Shown here piece by piece: positions 15,946 through 28,354 of a stretch of DNA of 64,000 bases (position 1 is its first letter; every line of letters begins with the position of its first letter). The DNA lies in contig OZ024740.1 in assembly GCA_964016885.1 (NCBI GenBank), positions 35,030,001 through 35,094,000 of the forward strand, written 5' to 3'. Made by a program: the position numbers and the translations under genes. The stretch comes from Eledone cirrhosa. Its lineage: Eukaryota. Below the pieces are notes generated by a model, which searched no databases, was not told the origin of the DNA, and saw only the letters and a list, made by a program, of their open reading frames with translations.

Positions 15946-16404
15946 CCCCCATTAGATCCTCTCCCCCTCCCCCTCACACACCACGAAATAAGAGAGAAAA
16001 AATTGTTCATTCACATATTTTCAAAAAATTCCTGATTAAAAGCCACCACTGATACTTTGCTCGTTTTTTTTTAATTTCCCACCAAAAAGGGACCTTTGAC
16101 AGACAGGCTTAAAAACACCCCCATCTGTATTTTTATATATACACCCTCACACTATACACACACTCCCTAAAACAATATTCCAATAATAGAATTTCTTTTA
16201 CAACCCTACTGTTGCCATATAATTTGTCTCTAGCTTACAATTCCCCATCCCCCTCGCCATCCCTGTCAGGGACTTTCATATGGCTAGCAATTCCATGCAT
16301 CGCAAAAAGTATCCCATATCAAGCAATGCCTGTGCTTGAAGCTTTTTTAATTGAGGAAAGGCTTTGCATGAAGCCAATCCCACTCTCTGAACATCGAATG
16401 TATG

Positions 16405-16654
<250 letters not shown>

Positions 16655-16683
16655 GATAATTAAATCCATAAGTTTTGTTCCAG

Positions 16684-16797
16684 GCTTTCTTCTCCATTAT
16701 TACTGGAGGTCTCAGTATAGGCAATGCCGGTCCTGCATTGCAATATATCGCAGCAGCGCAGACAGCAGCTTACGAAGTTTTCAGAATTTTGGACACG
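16684..16797 (+). CDS. ABCB1: ABCB1-like exon (TM6; 114 bp)
   Basis: ttccag| AFFSIITGGLSIGNAGPALQYIAAAQTAAYEVFRILDT |gtaatt; phase 0-0; matches P-gp VFFSVLIGAFSVGQASP...AAYEIFKIIDN. Confidence 0.95.
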
Positions 16798-17159
16798 GTA
16801 ATTAAAATGTTTTAATCTTTTCTTTACCGTATTTCTAATAATCAATAATTTAGAGGAATTTACTTACATGTTTAATTATTTTATTATTAAGATTGTATTT
16901 GTAACATAACTTAAAAGATTTTTATATATAATTATGGCGAAAGATTTTAATTTAAACAGGAATCCTTAAAAATTGGTGGTATTGTCTTATAGAAACAGAG
17001 GCGGTTTGGGACATGTTGGTATCGAAAGAGCTGTGCTTTAAGAGTTGTACTTTAAGGGATGTACTTTAAGAGTTGTGCTTTAAAGCAGTGCTTTAAATGT
17101 ATACTTGGAATGTGTTTCGAACCTGTTATAGGTACTGGGTTGTTATTATTGGAATGTAG

Positions 17160-17470
17160 ATCTGAATTCAAATCCCGCCGAGGTTAACTTTGCCTTTCAT
17201 CCATACGGGGTCGATAAAATAAAGTACCAGTAATGTACTGGGTAATTGCTGGCCCTGAGCCAAAAGTAGAAACAATTATGGGGTGGTGAATTGGCAGTAT
17301 CGGTAGAGAGTCGGACGCCATGCTTTCCAGCTTAGTTACGTCCCTTTACGGTCTGAGTTCAAATCCCGTCGAGGTTAACTTTGCCTTTCATCCTTACGGG
17401 GTCGATCAAATAAAGTACCAGTAATGCACTGGGTAATTGCTGGCCTTGTGCCAAAAGTAGAAACAATTAT
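17160..17470 (+). mobile_element. Two tandem copies (first 5'-truncated) of a tRNA-derived SINE with a Nin/Deu-like central domain
   Basis: A-box-like TGGCAGTATCGGTAG, B-box GAGTTCAAATCC, central GCCTTTCATCCTTACGGGGTCGATAAAATAAAGTACCAG and 3' end GGCCTTGTGCCAAAAGTAGAAACAATTATT. About 13 copies in the window. Confidence 0.85.
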
Positions 17471-17933
17471 TGGAATGTAGATTCTAGTTTAATTAAATGT
17501 TAGTGATTGATATCAGGAAGGTTTTTTTTATTCAATTGTGAAAGTAAGTTTTGAAATAAAACATTATTGACATACCTATACCTGTTGATATATTTAATTA
17601 GTGGTAACAGCTAGGAAATGTAAAGTAAAAATATAAACGAAAAGAGCAAAAACCTTTGAGTTCCGTATATTTTTACGTTATTTGAATAATTTTCTCGAGA
17701 TTTAAGGAAAGTTTTACTTTTGTTATATAATATTTTATAAAAATAATTTAGTCATAAATTCTCCACATTACAACAGCATAACACTAAAGTTATGCCTTTT
17801 CTTTTATAATAAGATAATCAGACGCACAGTTATTGAATGAATCATATATAATAAAGGATAAACGTAATAATGTATATGTGATCTAAAATAAATCACTTCT
17901 TGTTATTAAAATAATCACCTTTCAAATTTTCAG

Positions 17934-18044
17934 GAACCTTCTATTGACAATTTATCAACGAGTGGTTTACCAGCGAAAGATATAGAAGGAAAAATTACCT
18001 TCAAAGATGTGTACTTTAAATATCCTTCTAGGCCCGATATTAAC
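17934..18044 (+). CDS. ABCB1: ABCB1-like exon (start of NBD1; 111 bp)
   Basis: tttcag| EPSIDNLSTSGLPAKDIEGKITFKDVYFKYPSRPDIN |gtaagt; contains the A-loop F-x-YPSRP. Confidence 0.96.
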
Positions 18045-18574
18045 GTAAGTATTAAGAATATATAATGGTTTTATCTTATGAATTCTGTATACAAAAGTAA
18101 AAGCTAATACAGAATTATAGTTAATATCAACGCTTTTACACTAGTCAAGTTCTCTATAAAATCCGAAAAGAAAATAAGTCTTGTGCATTATTTTAGAATG
18201 GATTTTAACTTTCTTGACACGACTCCTCCTGTTAAAACACTTTTTGTGCTGAAGATGTAATTAAAGAAATTATTAAACACTTTACATAACGACTTGAATG
18301 TTTCATGTGTAAAACATTTAATGTTTCAAGCAAACTACAACACTGATATATATATATATATGCGAGAAAAACTACAAACCCTCCATCTCAATTCTACTTT
18401 TGAAAAGCACAAGAACTGCGAAACCGGTAAAGGAACCAAATAAATATTCTTAAAAAGACTCCAGTTGCATTTTCGGTTTCATCTTTTTTCCTTATACTTT
18501 CACTCGTGTAGGACATGGGACATCTCGTTTTTATTCATTTTGTAAAAAAAAGTCTCATTTTCTAATATATATAT

Positions 18575-18870
18575 AAGGGCAAAGACACCCTTCAGCCACG
18601 AATGACCATGGGATTTTCAGCTAGAAAGTTCTCCTTCGAGCATTGTGTTTTTGAGGAAGACTAGCAGTCGTCCATACATACCAGTCTCCCCTCTATTCGA
18701 CACCGATGTTGTCCAAAAGAAAGGCAAAGGCTAATACAGTTTGGCACCAGTGTCGTCACAACTCATTTCTAAAGCCGTGTAAACAGGAGCAACGTGAAAT
18801 AAAGTGTCTTGTTCGAGGACACAACATCAGGACTATGAATCCAACTCTCTAACCACTGAGCCAGACGCCT
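18575..18870 (-). mobile_element. tRNA-derived SINE of a second family (CORE-like TGTCCTTGAGCAAGACACTTTA motif)
   Basis: The reverse complement has GGCTCAGTGGTTAGAG (A box) and TGTGTCCTCGAACAAGACACTTTATTTCACG; same family as 23952-24065. Confidence 0.65.
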
Positions 18871-18962
18871 TCAAATACACACATACACACACACAGGCAC
18901 ACAAAGACATCGTCTCACAACGACACACACGCACATACACATACACAGACACACACATACCG

Positions 18963-18993
<31 letters not shown>

Positions 18994-19182
18994 CAGTGAA
19001 ATTGCGTTATAACGAAATTCACGGGGTATAAAAATATTCGTTGTAACGAAAAATTCTTTATAACGAGGTCAACCGAAACAAATCAAGCGTTTGTTCTCGT
19101 TATTACCTCGGGGATTGAAAAAATTTCGTCATACTGAAAAAAATTTGTTATAATGGTATTTGTTATAACGGAATTTTACCTG
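18994..19182 (+). mobile_element. Tc1/mariner-pogo-type MITE (~190 bp)
   Basis: TA|CAGTGAAATTGCGTTATAACG ... GTTATAACGGAATTTTACCTG|TA: terminal inverted repeats with TA TSD and internal CGTTATAAC repeats. Further copies at 35393, 36525, 37509, 38856, 39840 and 41033. Confidence 0.85.
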
Positions 19183-19290
19183 TATATATATGTATATATA
19201 TATGTAGTGAAAAATGGAACGGGAACAAAACAGAGAAGCAGTACGAACAAAGGTTTATTAGTTTCACGCTCTTGAGAGTGTGAGGGGAGG

Positions 19291-19318
19291 GACGTTTCGG
19301 GCATAAGCCCTTCTTCAG
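19291..19318 (-). ncRNA. Minimal hammerhead ribozyme-like core in a PLE-type terminal repeat
   Basis: Minus strand CTGAAGA-a-GGGC-ttat-GCCC-GAAA-C-GTC. The core and stem II are intact, but stem I is poorly formed. Confidence 0.55.
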
Positions 19319-20514
19319 GCGAAAAGTGGGTGGGAAGAGAGTCCCGGGGTTGTGTAGGGGAGTGGAGGAGAGACATTTAGAAAAAAGGGGGGGTGAGGAA
19401 ACGGAGGAAAACGGTGGAAGGGGTACAAATAAAAATAAAAAAAATAAAAATGAAAATAAACATGAAGATAAACAAGTGGTGGAAGGGTGTGTGGCGGGTA
19501 GAGTGGGGAGAGGGAGGCGGGGTGCCCGAGCGAGGAGGGCTGAAGGTGGTGTATGTGTGTAGGTGTACGTGTGTGTGTGAGTGTGTATGTGAATGTGAGA
19601 GTTGGGGGAAGAACGAGGTTCCATGTTCAGGAAAAGGTGTGTGTGGGGTGGGGTGTAGATCGGTGTGTGTGTGCGTGTGGATGGGGAGGGGTCAGAGGGG
19701 TGGGGGAGGGGTGGGAGAGGATTCCGGAGGCTGAGTGTGTATATATGTGGGGTTACGCACGTGTGTGTGGTGTTTATACGTATTGTGGATGTAGGTGGCG
19801 TGGTTCGAAAAAAAATGTTTTGAGTGTATGTCCGTGGGTAAGTTCCTAAGGTAGTTCCGTAGAGGGTGTGAAGAGTGGCCGGATATTTTCCATGTGATGG
19901 AGTTGATGGTGGGAACGATGGCCAATGGTGTGTAATCCGTGGTTGTGGTAGTCGGAAGAGGAGAGATGTGGGGTGCGCGCGCAACAGGAAGTGGTCAGAG
20001 GGTCAAGGCAGGATGAGGGTAGAGGAGAATGACAGGTGGAGAGGACTGTGTGTCTGTGTACGCGGAGAAGTGGTAAGAGGGTCAAGGCATAGCAGCAGTA
20101 GAGGAGAATGGCAGGTGGAGAAAGTCAGTGTGTCAGTGTGTGCGGAGGTGCGGTGGACAGGGGAGAGGATGGGTAGGTGTGAAAGGTGGAGTGGAGAGGG
20201 GGGTCATGCGGGGGGGGGTATATTAGTAGAGGTGTTAGTGGGATGTGTATGTGTGTGTGTGAAGGGGTGTGGGTGAAGCGGGGAGAGGGAGAGAAAAGGG
20301 TGTGGGGGACGGTGGAGGGAGTGTAGTGTACTGGTGTGTGTGTGCGTGTTTGGATGAGTGTGTGTGTGGTGAAGGGGGTGTTAGTGGGTGTTAGTATACT
20401 GGTGGCGAGGAAAGGGTTGAATGCGGGTGTGTTAGAGGGGGTCAGACACACACATACACACACACACAATGTTTCAAAGTAGAATGCAATAACATTTGTG
20501 TCTTTATTATATTA

Positions 20515-20695
20515 TCGTGGATTGGCAGTATCGGTAGAAAGTCGGACGCCATGCTTTGCAGCATAGAGTTACGCCCCTTTATGATCTGAGTTCAAATCTC
20601 GCCGAGGTTAATTTTGCCTTATGGGGGTCGAAAAAATAAAGTACCAGTAATGCATTGGTTAATTGCTGGCCTTGTGCCAAAAATAGAAACAATTA
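20515..20695 (+). mobile_element. Nin/Deu-like tRNA SINE copy
   Basis: Near-identical to 17281-17470; lies about 40 bp upstream of the exon acceptor. Confidence 0.85.
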
Positions 20696-20732
20696 TCTTA
20701 CTCCAATAAATCTTCAAACGTTCTCATTTTAG

Positions 20733-20858
20733 GTTCTGTCTGATTTAAGTTTTGTTGCTGAACCAGGCAAAATTGTCGCTTTGGTTGGATCCAGTGGTTG
20801 TGGTAAAAGTACAATAATACAATTAGCTCAGCGTCTTTATGATGTAGATAGTGGTCAG
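20733..20858 (+). CDS. ABCB1: ABCB1-like exon (Walker A; 126 bp)
   Basis: ttttag| [42 protein letters not shown] |gtaagt; Walker [10 protein letters not shown]. Confidence 0.97.
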
Positions 20859-22084
20859 GTAAGTTAATATTGCAGTGTTATATCCTTTTGTACATTTTAG
20901 TAACTTCTTGGAAATATATTTGAGGAATGTTTTACAATCGGTAGTGAATTTAGTATTTTATATATGTAAAACTTAAATCTTACAAAGGACAAGTGAACTG
21001 ACGGAGTAATTGTATATGGTATATCAATGAGTCGGAGAGATAGAGAAAAAGTATGTGAAATCATTGGCAATAAGTAGTATGAACGTATGAGCGCGCGCGT
21101 GTTTATGTGTTTAGTGACGGTAAGGGTGTGGCGGTCATACGTATACATCAACTTGAAGAATTTAGGGTTCATTTTCAGAATAGTTGCAGTAACGCTCCAT
21201 TTCTATTATTTCTGGCAATATTATTACAACAATATGACCCTCCCCAAGTACTACAATATATATATATATATAGGAAAAGAGGCAGCTATATACACTCATT
21301 AAAAACAACAAACTGGACTGGAAACTTTCTTTAGAGTTTTAATTCCGTGAAAACACTATACATATTTCGATGACTCAGTTTCATCATGCGATCATGATGG
21401 AAGGCTTAAGCGATTTCAGGTGATAATTACAGAATTAGTTCCATAAGATTACAGCGGATTACAGCGAACACAAAAAGAGAATAGAAAAAAAAATAGAGAA
21501 CCAATTTGATTCGGGGATGGCCTGCCAATTTGTTATTGTAATGGCAAGTCATCCCCCGAATGTCGCACAAGCATCAATGCTAAACAATGTAGGTTAGTTG
21601 GCATGATAGAGGGAGGGCATGGGTGCTAGATCATGACAGGAACTCTACTGTCTTTAGAAAAAATCATTCACTAATCACAACCAAAGATCCCATTACCACA
21701 GAAGTGATGGGGGTGTTAAACTCTGTCACACGCGGAATTAAGCCTTCTGTTGTTTTAATGAATATTTAACTCCGTTCCTGCACCTGCCACTGGATACCAC
21801 ATCTACGATGGATGATTTGCATAACATCGTTAACTAACCGGAATAACCAGTTCTACCTATTGGTAAACAACCTAACATAAATAATATATATTTTTTTGTT
21901 TGACCTGTTTAGCTTGATTAGTTTTTTGGCTTAGGTGGTTAATGCTTTCTTAACCACTTTTTCAGTTTGTATGGCGTTTTAACATATTGTTTAGCTCTGG
22001 TTGTTTAACTATTGAGCGCTTGCCAGCATTTCTACGATTTTGCGTTTCGTTTTTTCTACCAGCCGAAATACGATTCTCGGTGAT

Positions 22085-22155
<71 letters not shown>

Positions 22156-22245
22156 AGTTTATGTTGGTTGTATACCAACACCTCAGTATGCAGGCTGGAG
22201 CACTCGACGAAGTGCGCAGGTTGGTTTGGTTACTCCGGAGTAGTG

Positions 22246-22574
22246 TAAAATAAAGTTAAATAAAAGTCAAATGATTAAAATTTAGCTTCGTTTATTACTG
22301 CTATATATATTTCAGTGACAGCCATCTTTGGCTGTGACCTCTTCAGGCAGTTTGAATTAGTATGGTCCCAGTGAATTAACAACCCAACAAGGAACTGGGC
22401 ATATCAGAGTATTGACAATATCATACACCTAAACAACACATGTACTTGTCTATACCATACTAATTCAAACTGCCTGAAGAGGTCACAGCCAAAGATGGCT
22501 GTCACTGAAATATATATAGCAGTAATAAACGAAGCTAAATTTTAATCATTTGACTTTTATTTAACTTTATTTTA
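22246..22574. mobile_element. Fold-back PLE terminal-repeat remnant: 121-bp inverted arms, 87-bp spacer, a hammerhead in each arm
   Basis: 22246-22366 is the reverse complement of 22454-22574; the element lies between (TA)n tracts. Confidence 0.85.
22469..22523 (+). ncRNA. Minimal type I hammerhead ribozyme (mirror copy on - strand 22297-22351)
   Basis: ACTGC-CTGAAGA-[GGTCACAGCC aaagat GGCTGTCACT]-GAAA-TATATA-TA^-GCAGT: stem I ACTGC/GCAGT, 10-bp stem II with one mismatch, palindromic stem III loop. Confidence 0.85.
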
Positions 22575-23711
22575 TATATATATATATATATATATATTAG
22601 TAAAAAGGAAAAGAAAATGGTGAAAATTTTTCCCAGTGAAAAATAGTTTAATTAAGAATAAGTATAAATTAGTAATAAGTATTAATTAGTATTCAGTTTT
22701 AGTTTTAAGTTTTTACCGGTTGCGCATTTCTTAGAAAACACGTGTCGCTGTGATTTTCTACTAGTTAAATATCACACTCCCTACCCACGTTTTCCATTTG
22801 CTTATATAAATCATTATCTGGTTTTTAATGTTTCACTTTGCAAACGTGGACATAGAAAGTAACAGAGTACAAGAAAAAGTATGTGCATTTTCTATAACAC
22901 TTTTTACAACACATTATCCAAGCTTTGTAAAATATCTATGTATAATCTTACAAGTTTGTCTTAATGTTATAAATTAAGATCTTTTATATTATTCTTTATA
23001 TTATTCTTTTATATTATTTTTTTATATTATTAAAGTGCTGCCTTATTTCACTACAACGTGATTCGTAATTCTTGCATTGTTTTAACGACATTTTATAAAG
23101 TTTGTTTTCTGTTGGAATGTAGAAAATAAACAAAAAATGATAACCAATTGGTTATTTTGGAAGCCACTACAATGGGGTTGTAAATATTAGGGCAACAGAA
23201 TCGGTTAAAGAAACAGAGAGGTGAGACTGAGAGGAGAAAAGGAAGCAAAAAAAAAGTGGGAAGAAGAAAAATGAAAAATAACAACAAAAAAACAGATAAT
23301 TGTTTTAAATATTAACTCTTCATAATTTATTTACTGATTTAAAACAAAGAAAAACATCTTGTTTAATCTGCAGACCTTCTGTCTAAAGTCAATGAATAAT
23401 TTTATACATACGCCAAATACTTCGTTTAATCTATGCGGATGTCCCTATATCTTTGAACGATGTGTCTAAAATGTAGGATATATCATCTAAAATTTCTCTG
23501 TATATCAGAAGTAAAATAAATTCTTTCATGAATGCGTGTGAGTTGTAAGGATTAATCCTGGCATTTCTATCAATAGTCACTAAAATAGATATTTTTCTTT
23601 AATTTTTTTAACATAATTTCAGAAATCTATAATTTGTAAAATAAATGTGAAATATTATTAATTCCGATACTATTAGACAGTAAAATAATTGTGTAACATT
23701 ATTTTCTTCAG

Positions 23712-23915
23712 ATATTAATAGGTGCCCAAAACATAAAAGATTATAATGTGGGATCTTTGCGAAAGATTTTCGGTGTTGTCAACCAAGAACCTGTTCTGTT
23801 TGGAAACTCTATAAAGGAGAATATTCGAGATGGTGAGGAAAATGCAACAGATGAAGACATAATTGCAGCAGCAAAAGAAGCCAATGCTCACGACTTCATT
23901 ATACAACTTCCAGGG
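23712..23915 (+). CDS. ABCB1: ABCB1-like exon (Q-loop; 204 bp)
   Basis: cttcag| ILIGAQNIKDYNVGSLRKIFGVVNQEPVLFGNSIKENIRDGEENATDEDIIAAAKEANAHDFIIQLPG |gtaaaa. Confidence 0.97.
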
Positions 23916-23951
23916 GTAAAAATCTTTGATTTACAGTAACTATATATTCAA

Positions 23952-24065
23952 AGAGTGTGGCTGAGTGGTTAGAGAATTGGATTCACAATCTTGAGGTTGT
24001 GAGTTCGATTCCTGGACCAGGTGATGCCATATGTCCTTGAGCAAGACACTTTATTTCACGTTTCT
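23952..24065 (+). mobile_element. tRNA-derived CORE-like SINE head
   Basis: TGGCTGAGTGGTTAGAG (A box), GAGTTCGATTCC (B box), then TGTCCTTGAGCAAGACACTTTA. Confidence 0.75.
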
Positions 24066-24471
24066 CCTTCTACCTGGAGTTGCGACCAATAGATAGTATT
24101 AGCAACTGGAAAGACCGACGACAACATTGTTTCCTCGGTCCGATTTGAGGAAAGTCGATCGATCCTTTATATATTCAAGTGGTGAATCGAGATCCTGTTA
24201 AAGTTTATTAAACCTTTCAGATATAAAAGAGAGCATAATCAATACCTGTAGCAATATTTACTTATTTTGAGGGCGGTTAATGGCGGAATTCAAATCTCTC
24301 CGAGGTCAACTTTGCCTTCCATCCTTCCAGGGTCAATACAGGGGTTGAGTCAATCATATTTACCCTTCCTCACAAAATTCAATGGCGTTGTGCCTAAATT
24401 AGAAATCATATTTTTGTTTTTGCTATTTTAATTTTTTATTTCGTCTAAAAGTAACCAATGAATTAAGGAAG

Positions 24472-24952
24472 TAATATTTGTTTCTACTTTTGGCACAAGG
24501 GCAGCAATTATCCCAGTACATTACTGGTACTTTATTTTATCGACCCCGTAAGAATGAAAGGCAAAATTAACCTCGGCTGGATTTGAACTCAGACCGTAAA
24601 GGGGCGTAATTCTATGCTGCAAAGCATGGCGTCCGACCCTCTTCCGATACTGCCCATCTCCCGTCCAATTAACGAAGTAATAATTGTTTCTACATTTGGC
24701 ACAAGGCCAGCAATTACCCAGTGCATTACTGGTACTTTATTTTATCGACCCCGTAAGGATGAAAGGCAAAGTTAACTTCGGCGGGATTTGAACTCAGAAT
24801 GGCAAGGGCCGTAACTCTATGCGTCAAAGCATGACGTCCGACCCTCTACCGATACTGCCAATCCACCGCCATATACGAAGTAATAATTGTTTCTACTTTT
24901 GGCACAAGGCCAACAATTACCCAGTGTATTACTGGTACTTTATTTTATCGAC
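24472..24952 (-). mobile_element. Three head-to-tail copies of the Nin/Deu-like SINE (third partial)
   Basis: Units start TTGTTTCTAC at about 24478, 24684 and 24887; each is the reverse complement of the 17281-17470 family. Confidence 0.85.
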
Positions 24953-25059
24953 AAATGTGATGAAAACTGTACAATATATAGAGTAATAAGGAAACAAAAG
25001 AAAACTGAAAAAAAAAAAATTAAGTTACGAAAGAAAGGGAGAGGGGAAAAGAGCGACAG

Positions 25060-25310
25060 ACTTTACACCAAGTCTGAGCGGTATGTTACAGCTTCGCTCC
25101 ACGGACAAAATGGCGAAGGCATTGCCGCAGAGAATGGCAATCGACACCCGTTGCAACAGCAACATCATCTCACAGGGCTCCTTCCGCATGCCAAGTGCTG
25201 TCGTTCCGATTTTACGGAAGAAATCGGTAAGGTGCCGGGACCGAGAACACCCGATGTCTTGACGACGACCGGTACGAAAAATAAGCGGTCGAGAAAACAG
25301 TTGATTCATT
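25060..25310 (-). mobile_element. 3' end of a CRE-like (RLE) non-LTR retrotransposon
   Basis: ...VVKTSGVLGPG.../FFRKIG...KEPCEMMLLLQRVSIAILCGNAFAIL matches the LFQRISIAIQRGNA terminus of CRE-clade ORFs. Confidence 0.65.
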
Positions 25311-25569
25311 CCATCGCCACTCAGAGGTACTCTGCACGTGTACACGTTCAGGTGATAATAAGATTTGTTTTGACACTGAATTATTGCACGTATATTTATG
25401 TATTTGTGTGTTTATATGCACACATGCACGTGTAAGTGAAAGTATGTGTATCATGAAATAAATTCTTAGTATAAAAATATCAATGTAAGATATATGCAGT
25501 TTTATAAATATAACGAAAAATATTTTGACTTTATAATCAATTCTCATTGTTTATTGTTTCTGATCTCTT

Positions 25570-26135
25570 AGATTCAGTGCTCGATGCTTGTGGTAAGAGA
25601 AGGTCTGAGCTGTGAACTGATCACCATTTAGTTATCTGTAGCCTAAGTTTACCTAAAATCAACAAAACCCACAAAACTGGCAGGTCCAGCTTGACCCACA
25701 GGATAAAATAGGAAGCGCTGGCTGATAAAGAAGTCAGGACTAGGTATGCAAATACTATTGCATCCAAATTCAGAGAACTCCCTGAACAAACTGAGGACGT
25801 TGAAACGGGGTGGGAATTGTTTAGCTCGGCAGTTTCTGTTTCAGCTGTTAAATACTGCGAACGAAAGCGGTTCGGTGTGGCAGTGGGTGGCAGGAAGACC
25901 CCTTGGTTCAATCAAGTGGTCAAAGATGCCATCCGAACGAAGCTTACAAAGCTTAGCTTGGAAATAAGTCCTCCTTCTTGCACTTCCGTTACAAACAGGC
26001 ACAAAAACTCGTAGCAGAGATAGTAAAAAGCCTCTAAAGTTAAGACATCGGAGGACTTTCGGGTTAAACTGGAAACCAACTTTAGATCAGCAAATAAAGT
26101 ATTGCGGCAGACCATCTGCCGAGTTCTTAATAAGG
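25570..26135 (+). mobile_element. Decayed RTE-type LINE fragment (end of APE endonuclease and linker)
   Basis: ...SEL*TDHHLVICSL... (SDH motif) and ...RKTPWFNQVVKDAIRTK...; contains stops and frameshifts. Confidence 0.65.
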
Positions 26136-26139
26136 AGTT

Positions 26140-26475
26140 AAGCCTTTCATCCTTATGGGGTCGATAAAATAAAGTACCAGTCACGCACTGGGGTCGATTT
26201 GAACGACTTTCCCCTCCTCCCAAATTACTGGCCTTGTGCCTATATAAGAAACTATTATTTTTTCAAATATGTATTCATTATTTTTGGTGGATTGGCAGTA
26301 TCGGTAGATGGTCGGACACCATGCTTTGAAGCATAGAGTTACGTCCCTTTATGATCTGAGTTCAAATCCCGCCGAGGTTAACTTTGCCTTTCATCCTTAC
26401 GGAGTCGATAAAATAAAGTACCAGTAATGTACTGGGTATTTGCTGGCCTTGTGCCTAAAATAGAAACAATTATTT
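26140..26475 (+). mobile_element. Nin/Deu-like SINE copies (one partial, one full)
   Basis: Same GCCTTTCATCCTTA-GGGGTCGATAAAATAAAGTACCAG core; full copy at 26285-26475. Confidence 0.85.
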
Positions 26476-26562
26476 TAAAATATGTAATAATAGAATGTTT
26501 ATTCGTGAACTTTCAAATTTATAAATATTAACAAATTCTAAAAAAATATAAACATTTTTCAG

Positions 26563-26733
26563 AAATACAATACATTAGTTGGTGAAAGAGGAACTCAACT
26601 AAGTGGAGGTCAAAAACAAAGAATTGCTATTGCACGTGCTTTAGTTAGAAAACCCAAGGTTTTGTTACTTGACGAGGCAACTTCAGCTTTAGACACCCAG
26701 AGTGAAAAGATTGTACAGAGTGCACTTGAAAAG
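26563..26733 (+). CDS. ABCB1: ABCB1-like exon (ABC signature, Walker B, D-loop; 171 bp)
   Basis: tttcag| [57 protein letters not shown] |gtacct. Confidence 0.98.
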
Positions 26734-26739
26734 GTACCT

Positions 26740-28010
26740 TTTGTCTGTTATATACACTTCACAACACTGTCATAACTAATATATCTGTACTGTACACTTC
26801 ACAAGATTATATACACTTCACAAGATTGTCATAACTAATATATGTATATTGTACACTTTATCTGTTATATACACTTCACAACATTGTCACAACTAATATG
26901 TCTGTACTGTACACTTTATCTGTTATATACACTTCACAGCATTGTCATAACTAATATATCTGTATTGTAAACTTTATCTGTTATATATACTTCACAACAT
27001 TGTCACAACTAATATATTTATACTGTACAGTTTAGCTATTATATACACCTCACAACACTGTCACAACTAATATATCTATACTGTACACTTTATCTGTGAT
27101 ATACATCTCACAACACTGTCAGAACTAATATATCTATATTGTACACTTTATCTGTTATATACACTTCACAACACTCTCACAACTAATATATCTATATTGT
27201 ACAATTTACCTGTTATATACACTTAACACTGTCACAACTAATATATTTATATTGTACACTTCACCTGTTATATACACTTCACAACACTGTCACAACTAAT
27301 ACATCTGTAGTGTACACTTTATCTGTTATATACACTCCACAACACTGTCACAACTAATATATCTGTATTGTACACTTTATCTGTTATATACAGTTCACAA
27401 CAGTGTCACAACTAATATATCTATATTGTACACTTTATCTGTTATATACATCTCACAACACTGTCACAACTAATATATCTATATTGTACACTTTATCTGT
27501 TATATACACTTCACAACACTCTCACAACTAATATATCTATATTGTACACTTTATCTGTTATATACACCTCACAACACTAACACTGTCACAACTAATATAT
27601 CTATATTTTACACTGTATCTGTTATATACACTTCACAACACTGTCACAACTAATATATTTATATTGTACACTTTATCTGTTATATACACCTCACAACACT
27701 GTTACAACTAATATATCTATATTGTACACTTTACCTGTTATATACATCTCACAATACTGTCACAACTAATATATCTATATTGTACACTTTATCTGTTATA
27801 TACATCTCACAACACTGTCACAACTAATATATCTGTATTGTACACTTTACCAGTTATATACACCTCACAACACTGTCACAACTAATATATCTATATTGTA
27901 CACTTTATCTGTTATATACATCTCACAACACTTTCACAACTAATATATTTATATTCTACACTTTACCTGTCATATACACTTCACAACAGTCACAACCAAG
28001 AGATCTGTAT
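26740..28010. repeat. 58-bp minisatellite, about 21 copies
   Basis: Unit TTATCTGTTATATACACTTCACAACACTGTCACAACTAATATATCTATATTGTACACT; starts immediately after the splice donor. Confidence 0.95.
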
Positions 28011-28192
28011 TGAATTATTAAGTCAGGTGTCAATAAAATAAAGTACCAGTAATACACTGGGGTAATTGCTGACCTTGTGCCAAAAGTAGAAACAATTATT
28101 AATCCAGTCATATTCTACAAAGCATCTTTATATCAACATTTACTTTAAACACACACACATATATATAATCTTACTTCAAACAAATTCTTCAG

Positions 28193-28354
28193 GTTCAGAG
28201 TGGACGCACTACAATAGTTGTTGCTCACAGATTATCAACAATTCGATCGGCAGACAAGATCTTAGCTTTTAAGAGCGGCGAAATTGTTGAAAGAGGAACT
28301 CATGATGAATTAATGAAACTAGATGGATATTATGCTTCGCTTGTTAGGGCTCAG
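28193..28354 (+). CDS. ABCB1: ABCB1-like exon (H-loop, end of NBD1; 162 bp)
   Basis: cttcag| [54 protein letters not shown] |gtaaga. Confidence 0.97.

Noticed and set aside
19330-20445. His/Thr/Pro-rich ORFs (273 aa and others)
   Set aside because: GT-rich low-complexity repeat sequence adjoining a hammerhead-bearing terminus; no recognisable domain.
23952-24025. tRNA gene
   Set aside because: A and B boxes are present but no clean cloverleaf, and it continues into a SINE body.
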